From positions 3,264,001-3,328,000 of the forward strand of contig OY761159.2 in assembly GCA_963664395.2 (NCBI GenBank): DNA of 64,000 bases, written 5' to 3'. Position numbers and translations under genes: made by a program. Positions 1 to 7,500 of this stretch are shown here, one piece after another (position 1 is the first letter of the stretch; the number at the start of each line of letters is the position of its first letter). Under the pieces are notes generated by a model that worked only from the letters and a program-made list of their open reading frames with translations, searched no databases and was not told the origin of the DNA. This DNA is from Candidatus Binatia bacterium. Lineage in GTDB: Bacteria > Desulfobacterota > Binatia > Bin18.

Positions 1-606
1 CCCGACTGAACTCGATGTCGTCCACATAGGCCACGACTTCGTGCTCGCCTTCGCCCAACAGATTCCAGTTGAACAACAACCCAAAGCCGTTGTCCGTATC
101 CCCACAGAGTTCTTCACCCTCCTCCGTATACTCCGTGTCGGCTCGGTCTGTGCCATACGCGGCGAACTGCCGCCCGAGGTGCCCAATCGCAAGCTCCACC
201 GCGTCGGCCGCACACACCCAGCCCGAAATGACGCCGATGCCACTTTGAAAGGAGTCCGGGCCGGGATTCTCCAGATTGCCTGGCAGTACGGTCACCCGGA
301 GGGTATAGCGCCCGGTCTGGCGGCCATTGCCCGCCACGGCAATGACCACTGGCCCGGCTTCGACCCGCACGCTGAGCCGGAAGTTCTGCCCCGCCCCGCC
401 ACTGTCGGCGGTGGCCAGTTCCTCCCCGTTCTGCCACACCGTCCCCATAGTAGCGGTGGACCCGGTGGTTTCGACCGACAGAATGCCCGCGTAGGGCGCG
501 TCGAACTGAAAGTAATCCCGGTCGCGGGCTGGCGCGATCTCGCCCGAGGTGGACGAGGTCGGCGCGATGGATGTCGCCGCCCCTGCACTGTTGCCGTGCA
601 CGTCGC
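1..606 (-). CDS. Frameshifted C-terminal part of the ASST surface protein: PPC-like domain plus LENP module (runs off the window)
   Basis: Manual translation: RDVHGNSAGAATSIAP...DRDYFQF...LSVETTG...GTVWQNG...GRYTLRVTVLPGNLENPGPDSFQSGIGVISGWVC...CGDTDNGFGLLFNWNLLG. Collinear with the C-terminus of 4529..10108. Confidence 0.85.
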
Positions 607-3405
607 GGGACTGCCGCCGCCACCACCACCGCCCCCGCCCCCACCGCCGGTACCCGTCCCGCCGCCACCAGGTGGGGGCGGGACGGGGATACGGTGGGCC
701 GCGGGCACTTTCGATAGCCGGGTGTTGCCGGCGGTACAGATGCCGCCAGCCACACAGGACTCGCCGGTCACCAGGCGGAAGGTGAGTTGAGCATTTCCGG
801 CGGGACCCAGGGTGAAGAGGTAGGCGTGGGCCGCCTCGCCCGCTACGAGATGCGGCGCGACGCTCACGACCGTGCCACCGGTGACACTGACGGATGGGGT
901 GTCGGCAGCGAAGTCTACTACCGGCTGATTGAACGCCACGACTACCGTCGGCTGACTCGACGGACCGGTGTGGAAGCCAGAGTTGGACGCACTGGCCGAG
1001 ATCGTCGCCGTCAGCAGACCGAGCTCGTCCGCCAAGGCCGCTGACGGCACCGGGTAGGCCCGGGTGGGAAGTACGACATCGCTCTCGTCATAGGTCATCG
1101 TTATTGACAGCACTTCCTCGCCAGTCTCTGGGTTCACCTCGGTGATCGACTCGTCGGGAGGAAGCGGGGTATTCGGGTCATCATCGAAAGTCCCCCTCCC
1201 CCAACTGACCAGCCAGTTTCCGCTGTCCAGCAGCTCGACATGACCCTGAGACCGCGCATGCCTGTTAAAAGCCCTGTGGAGCGAATGGTGGCGTTGGAAG
1301 GTCGCTTCGCCTGCATCGACATCGAGCGCATACTCCACCACTCTGCTGAATTCGCCGCCGGTCCGCGTGCTGTCACTCGTTTCCGGATCAACGAGGCAGT
1401 GGCCGCCGTTGTCGAAGAGCAGGAGATTCCCATTGCCCGTCATCCGTGCCGCATGTTGTCCACAGAACTCTCCGTAGGGATCGTTCAGAATCGTCAAGGG
1501 CGGGGTGCCGCCCCCGGCAACCCAGTCCTCTTCGCTCCGGTTGCTCTTGCCCAACCGCCAGATCACATCCCCGCTCGTGCCATCAATTCTCAAAATCTGT
1601 GAGCAACCCCTGAACGAGGCGATAATGTCTCCATCGGCTACGTCGAGGGAGTTGATGTGAGCGTAATCCCAGGGGAAACGGTGCTGCGTACAGTCCTCTA
1701 TGGCCATGTGATCCCAAGAATTCCATAAGAAAACCTGGCTCCCTCCCGGCGTCACTTCCTGAATGACCGAATCTTCCACGCTCTCATCACTCGTGCAGGG
1801 GCCTGGCATTCCAGATCCAGATCCGTAGGGACAGGTCAAGTCTGTGAGGTCCCGATGATCGGCGGGCTCATAGCCCATGAGCACATAGTTCCCATCATTC
1901 TTGATGACGAAGTCGTGGTCGTCGGTATGCGTTAATGGTGTGACGACCTGGACCCTGTCTGCCTCCTCAAGCTGATCGTCCAACACTACGCTTTGGGTAT
2001 TTTGAAGTAGGTCAGCCCTCCCCGTGGCGTTACTGGGGATGGTCGTGCCGGTTCTTCGGGCATAGGAGTAGGGGTATTTACCATTTCTATGAAACTTGAA
2101 GGAGGTCCCCCCGCCTTCGCTCAGTCTCCGGCGGAACCGTGGCACTCCGTTGTTGTCAATAATCGCGAGGTACGCGTCCTCCCGTCTTGCGCTTATCGTG
2201 ATGAGGCCATCCGAAGCTCCCGCTGTTTTGGTAGCCGTGAGGCGCGGGAAGTCGTCAGCCAGACAATGGACGACATAGGTCGTGCTTGCACCGCTGCTGT
2301 TGCTGAGCACGATGTCGATGTCATTCTCGCCATCGAGTCCCGTCAGTTCGACCTCTCCATTCTGATTCGCGACCTGTCTGCCGTTGACCGCCACGCGCGT
2401 GCTTGTCTCCTGCGACGACACCCGCACCGTCAGGCTATCGTCGCATCCCACGGCGTAGTGGAACGTGTCGGCATTGAACGCCGGGTACATCTCCCGGTCG
2501 GAAGTCGTGGTGACGTGGAGTACACTGAGTTTGAGCGGCGGCGCATCGTCATCCGCAATGATGACAGTCTGTTGTGTGCCGACCGCAGTTCCGTCAAGAG
2601 TTGCGGCGATGACGATGGTCTCAGCGTTCTCGTCGTGAGTATCGTTCACCGCAGTGATGATGCCCGTGACCTCGTGCCCGCCCGCCGGAAGGGTGAGAGA
2701 GAAGGGCTTTGAAACCGGACGGCCATAAGCACCGGTGAACGTGTAGTCGCTCCCAACCGTGGCACTCCCGCCGAGGGTGATGTCGATCACCTGCGCGGAC
2801 TGGAAGGTGACGCCATTCGTAACGCTGATTGTGACGGTTGCCGTGCCTGTATCCGCCTCTGCGATGCTGGGAGAATCAACACTCAGACTGAACACAGCCG
2901 TGTCGTTATCTTCCACCGTCACCGTGGCCTCACCTGCGTTGGCGTCAACCGTATAAGCGGAGTCGTCCGTGATGGTTGCCGTCACTTCGCTGGAGTCCTC
3001 GACGACGGTATCGTCGTCCGTCGCGACCGACAGGGTCGTGGTGCTGTGATTTACCGCGAAGGTCACCGTCGTATCCGACGGGCTGGTCAGTATGGAGCCC
3101 GTCTCTTGCACGCTGACGGCGACGAGCAGCTCGGCCGCCGTCGTCCCGGTTCGTACCAGGGTGAAGGGGGCGTCCGTTCCCTCCACCAGGCTTGTCTGTG
3201 CCGAAATCGAGACTTTGGGTAATGACTGTGCCGCCGCTTTATCCGGCGCCCCGAGAATAGCGACGGGCAAAAAGCAGTACCACCACCAGTCGGGAATGAG
3301 AGACCGAAACCGCCCAGGCGCACGACAAGCATGTGATCGAAGCGGCTGACAGAATTGGGGGAATATGCTGTTAAGGGAAATTCGGTTCGGAGAGACCGTC
3401 ACCAT
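292..3405 (-). CDS. Secreted arylsulfotransferase (ASST)-domain surface protein with Calx-beta-like, cadherin-like and Ig-like domains; frameshifted at ~608
   Basis: ORF 292..3681. Likely start is ATG 3405, ahead of a signal-like segment ending AAA-QS. ASST motifs HTDDHDF, DYAHINSL, IASFR, GQHAAR, LLFDNG, SRVVEYALD, GNWLVSWG. A Pro/Gly linker follows, after which the real protein continues in another frame. Confidence 0.8.
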   Translation of the reverse strand: MVTVSPNRISLNSIFPQFCQPLRSHACRAPGRFRSLIPDWWWYCFLPVAILGAPDKAAAQSLPKVSISAQTSLVEGTDAPFTLVRTGTTAAELLVAVSVQETGSILTSPSDTTVTFAVNHSTTTLSVATDDDTVVEDSSEVTATITDDSAYTVDANAGEATVTVEDNDTAVFSLSVDSPSIAEADTGTATVTISVTNGVTFQSAQVIDITLGGSATVGSDYTFTGAYGRPVSKPFSLTLPAGGHEVTGIITAVNDTHDENAETIVIAATLDGTAVGTQQTVIIADDDAPPLKLSVLHVTTTSDREMYPAFNADTFHYAVGCDDSLTVRVSSQETSTRVAVNGRQVANQNGEVELTGLDGENDIDIVLSNSSGASTTYVVHCLADDFPRLTATKTAGASDGLITISARREDAYLAIIDNNGVPRFRRRLSEGGGTSFKFHRNGKYPYSYARRTGTTIPSNATGRADLLQNTQSVVLDDQLEEADRVQVVTPLTHTDDHDFVIKNDGNYVLMGYEPADHRDLTDLTCPYGSGSGMPGPCTSDESVEDSVIQEVTPGGSQVFLWNSWDHMAIEDCTQHRFPWDYAHINSLDVADGDIIASFRGCSQILRIDGTSGDVIWRLGKSNRSEEDWVAGGGTPPLTILNDPYGEFCGQHAARMTGNGNLLLFDNGGHCLVDPETSDSTRTGGEFSRVVEYALDVDAGEATFQRHHSLHRAFNRHARSQGHVELLDSGNWLVSWGRGTFDDDPNTPLPPDESITEVNPETGEEVLSITMTYDESDVVLPTRAYPVPSAALADELGLLTATISASASNSGFHTGPSSQPTVVVAFNQPVVDFAADTPSVSVTGGTVVSVAPHLVAGEAAHAYLFTLGPAGNAQLTFRLVTGESCVAGGICTAGNTRLSKVPAAHRIPVPPPPGGGGTGTGGGGGGGGGGGGSPATCTATVQGRRHPSRRPRPPRARSRQPATGITFSSTRPTRAFCRSKPPGPPLLWGRCGRTGRNWPPPTVAGRGRTSGSACGSKPGQWSLPWRAMAARPGAIPSG

Positions 3406-3629
3406 TAGCCGCAGGGCAGCCCAGCCATTGTGCAGCAAAAACAGCCCGCGGAGAAGCTTCCACAACCGACCTGCCCTTTCCCCAAAATGTATGCAGCAAG
3501 TATATGTTGAGGAGACGGCGTGGCGCATTAGGTGTACTCCAGAGGTTGGGGAGAGCGTCATACCTTGCGAGTGCTGTACCTCCTCAGGGGATGCTTCCCG
3601 TGCCGTCCTCGCTGATCGTCCTGCATCTG

Positions 3630-3713
3630 TCACCCAGAAGCGACGGTCTGTGCCGCCGCCGCCCCGGCCCACAAGACGCACAGGGCCACAGTCATCACTC
3701 TCAGTCGCTTCAT
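3630..3713 (-). pseudogene. Signal-peptide-only ORF MKRLRVMTVALCVLWAGAAAAQTVASG*
   Basis: GAGGAG RBS, ATG at 3713, typical n/h/c regions with AAA-Q cleavage site, stop 6 codons later. Absent from the ORF track. Confidence 0.6.
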
Positions 3714-3818
3714 GACGTTCGCTCCTCTCTTCTCCCCTCTGTTGAGTTGTTCAGTAGGGGGGCCACCGGCACCTGGATGAAGGCCTCTAATCTAATGCAA
3801 TGCCGTGCTCCCGGTCAC

Positions 3819-3832
3819 CTATCAAATGATAG
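3819..3832. promoter_or_regulatory. Palindromic operator CTATCAAATGATAG, copy 1 (faces the minus-strand ASST locus)
   Basis: CTATCA-AA-TGATAG. On the minus strand a -10-like TAGATT lies 24 nt downstream. Confidence 0.7.
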
Positions 3833-3855
3833 AAAAATAACCCTGTCCGGGGACC

Positions 3856-3963
3856 ATGGACGCGGCCCTCGCCCACACCAATCCAAACAAGGTAGAAGCG
3901 GCCTATGCGCGCTCAGACCTGTTTGCACGCCGGCGGACACTCATGGAGCAGTGGGCGGCGTAC
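3856..3963 (+). pseudogene. C-terminal fragment of a P4-like tyrosine integrase
   Basis: Translates MDAALAHTNPNKVEAAYARSDLFARRRTLMEQWAAY, the box II His/Tyr region and RR.LM..W tail typical of P4-type integrases. Confidence 0.75.
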
Positions 3964-4286
3964 CGGGTAGTGTCCTGTACCGAGAAGAACGAAGATTGTA
4001 GGCCGGACGCGGCCGCCCAGTAGTCCATTGCCACTGAGTCGGACCCTCTCTGTTAAACAGGTCGTTCTCTTGATTATCGAGGTCGCGATCTGCCCTATCT
4101 TGCTCTGATCGCTCTCTTCGTCATTGGTAAAGGGTGTCTCGTAGAGAATACAATTGGAAGCGATTTTGGTCCTCAAGAGGAGAGTCTCTCACCCTCTTTG
4201 ACCCTGCGCGGTTCCTCTCCGTTCCGCCTCTCGCCCGCGCTTGCCGGGGCAGCCTGTCCCGCCCCTCCTAGTGGGGTAGGGCCGGG

Positions 4287-4337
4287 CAGGGGGACGTGGG
4301 GGGGGCTGGTCCTGGCGGTGTGACAACGCTCATCTGA
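4287..4337 (+). pseudogene. Degenerate 3' end of a luxR-type regulator paralog
   Basis: cag ggg gac gtg ... ctg gtc ctg gcg gtg .. aca acg ctc atc tga cccc aligns with the end of 10775..11911 (KVDLVRLVLSVATFV*, followed by cccc). Confidence 0.55.
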
Positions 4338-4358
4338 CCCCCGGCCGGTGGGACTTTT

Positions 4359-4372
4359 CTATCATTTGATAG
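4359..4372. promoter_or_regulatory. Palindromic operator CTATCATTTGATAG, copy 2 (upstream of the 1859-aa gene)
   Basis: Exact reverse complement of copy 1, preceded by TTTT and followed by a similar spacer (gtggcagggactacggaatag). Confidence 0.7.
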
Positions 4373-4528
4373 GTGGCAGGGACTACGGAATAGGTTAGGG
4401 ATTCTTCTCTAGGGGTCGGTGACCGCCAAAACCCACACCGACCGCCTGGCCGCTACCCGACAGTTCGGCGGACACTGGGCAAGGGCTCAGAACGTTGAGA
4501 GCCAGCGAGCAATTTCAAACCGAGGCTT

Positions 4529-7500
4529 ATGCGTCTGTTGCGCTCATTACTACCGCGAACCGCAAATATGCTCAGGACAGTTTGCTTGTCCCGACGAGTG
4601 TACTCGCTGGTTTTCGTCCTTGGGTGTCTCACTATGCTGAGTGTCCATGGTGGTCCGGTTTTTGCCGCCTACAACAATCCGGCCACCGATTGGATGCGGG
4701 ACGGCAAATACGGACTTCACGTCAAATATCTCAACTGGATTCGCAGAAACGAAACAACAATTGAGGAGTTCAATCAGTGGGTGAATGCGTTTGATGTCAA
4801 TGCCTTTGCAGAAGACGTAGAGCTGACTGGCGCAAGCTGGGTCATCTGGGGCTTGGGGCGGACGTGGTTCAATTCACCGAATGCACCGCTGGAAAGCACG
4901 GTCGGCGATTTCACCTCCGATCGTGACTTGCCGCTCGAAATCTACGACGCACTGCACGAACGCGGCATACGATTGATGCTGTATGCCGCCGGCGATAAAG
5001 CGAGAACTGGGGAGAATAGCGCAGGAAAAGTCGCCTTGGGATGGGACGGAATCAATGACAATTATACCCGCACTTTTGTTAATAATTGGGCGGATGCGCT
5101 GCAAGTCTGGTCGGATCGCTATGGAACAAAGGTGTCGGGGTGGTGGTTCGATCATAGCTACCCTGATTATGCTGTTTCGGATACCGCCTGTGGGACTTCC
5201 AATCCGGAATTGGCGATCTATAGAACTCACCTCCTTTCCGGCAACCCAGATGACGGCATAGTGGGTATTAACCATGGTAACAGGATGGGGGGCGAGCTCT
5301 GCCATAGCCCCGAAGATGACTATAGGGCTGGGCACATTAGGGAAGATTCCTTAGAAGTTGCATCTTCTCGATGGTGGAATGGACTGCAATGGCACTACAT
5401 GTTTCCGATTGGCACTAGCGGTTGGGGTTCCCCGTATGTCCGATGGGATACACAGGACCAGATCGATTACGTCATCGAAAACAACAGGCACGAAGGTGTG
5501 AACACCTTCAGCGTGTTTGTCTATACGATGCCGGGGGAGTCGGCTGAGGGTGTCGTAAAGGTGCCGGGGCACCTCAGCAATGCACAACTCCGGCAACTGG
5601 CAGCGCTCCGGGATGCTTCGCTAGGGTTTGTAGACAATACGTCGAGCGACATTTCCTTCAATGGTACCTGGGCGAAGCAAGACGACGGCATGGACTTCCG
5701 TGGATCGACGAGCTGGTCGGCGGTGGCGGACAACTATGCCGAGGTGGCTTTTACCGGAACCGGTGTGGAGGTGGTCGTCAGAAAGGGGCCTAACGGCGGC
5801 CTGGTCAACGTGGTGGTGGATGGCGCCGTGGTGGTGGATGATTTCGACACGTATTCGAGTACAACCGAATATAAGCAGACCATCTACGACAATCAGACTC
5901 TCAGTTCGGGGTCCCATACAATCCGCCTGGTGGCGACCGGCGAGAAAAACGCCAGCGCGACAGCAGCCGACGCCATGTTGGATTACTTTGCGGTCACCAA
6001 GGCGGATACGACGGCCCCGAGAGTATTGTCAATCACGAGCGACGCGACGCACCCGGCGAAAGACTCCTTCACGGTAACGATCGACTTCCTGGAGGATGTC
6101 ACGGGGCTCACGGCCGGAGAGATAGTGGTCACCAACGGCACAGGCGCGAACCTCACGGGCACGGGCGCGAGCTACACGCTCGACATTGAGCCGATTGCCA
6201 ACCTCGCAGGCGAGGTGACGGTGCGGGTTCCAGCCGATGCAGCGGAGGACGAAGGGAACAACGGCAACCTTGAGAGGAGCGAAACGTTCGCGGTGGACGC
6301 TCAGGCGCCGGCGTTCCAGAACGCGGCGGTGGACGGAGCCAGGCTGACGCTGGCTTACAATGAGGAGCTGGACCGGTTTTCGGTGCCGCCGACGAATGCC
6401 TTCACGGTGACGGGGAGCGCTCAGGCGCAGACGGTTTCCCAAGTCGTGGTCGGGGGCACGGTGGTAGAGCTGACCCTGAATCCGGGGGTCGAGCAGGGGG
6501 AAGCGGGGATCCGGGTAAACTATACGCAGGGGATGAATCCGATCCGGGATGTACCGGGCAATCAGGCAGAGGGACTGAGCCAGGTATCGGTGACCACCGA
6601 CAACCTGTCTCCGCTCCCACTCCTCCCGCTGTACACGGTCTCTTCGCCCGACGGCAGCCTGACCGCGACGGTCGCGGCCACCAGCGGTAATCTGAGCTAT
6701 ACGGTCAGCCGTGACGGGACCACGCTCATTGCCGATTCGCCGCTCTCGATTCGGGATGCCGCCGCGCACACAGTCACCGGGAATGCGACCACGAGTCACG
6801 ATAGTACCTGGGAGCCGACCTGGGGCCAGTTCAGCAGGATCCGAGATCATCACAATCGCCTGACGCTAAACCTGGATGTCGGCGGCCTATTGTTCGATCT
6901 GATCTTTCAGGTCTACGACGACGGGCTCGGCTTCCGTTTCGTGGCGGACGAACAAGCCTCGCTGTCGGGAAAGATCCTGAGTTACAAGGTGAGGTACAAC
7001 ATGGATGGAAGCTACTGGGCATACTGGCCCATGGGAGAAAGCTCGCCAGAAGGGCCACACCCCATGGATGCCCTGCCGAGTAATCCCCGCAGGTCGGTGG
7101 TGGTGGTCTATGCGGCGGGCAACGACGAGTATTTTGCATTGCTGGAGTCGGACCTGTTTTCCGCCGACGCATTCGAAGCAATTAAATTTTGGAGGGTGAC
7201 CGGAGAGGCGGCGTTGAAGACGAACCACAAATCGCAGACCGTGCCGGCGGGGGATTTTGTCTCGCCCTGGCGGGTCGTTCTGGTGGGGGATACGCCAGGG
7301 GATCTGCTGGAGAGCACCGTGGCGCTCAATCTGGCCGCACCGCTGGCGCTCGACGATGCCTCGTGGGTGAAGCCGGGTAAGGGCCTCTCCAACTGGCGGA
7401 CCCTGGGCTACCAGACCGACGACGGCCTCTTCACCTATCGTCTGAATACGGCAACCCTGAAGCGCTTGATCGACTTCGCAGCCGACAATGGTATTGAGTA

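Noticed and set aside
3819-3832. Palindrome as a tetO operator
   Set aside because: The half-sites resemble tetO (CTATCA/TGATAG), but the spacer is 2 bp rather than 1, no TetR gene is present, and the sites track luxR ends.
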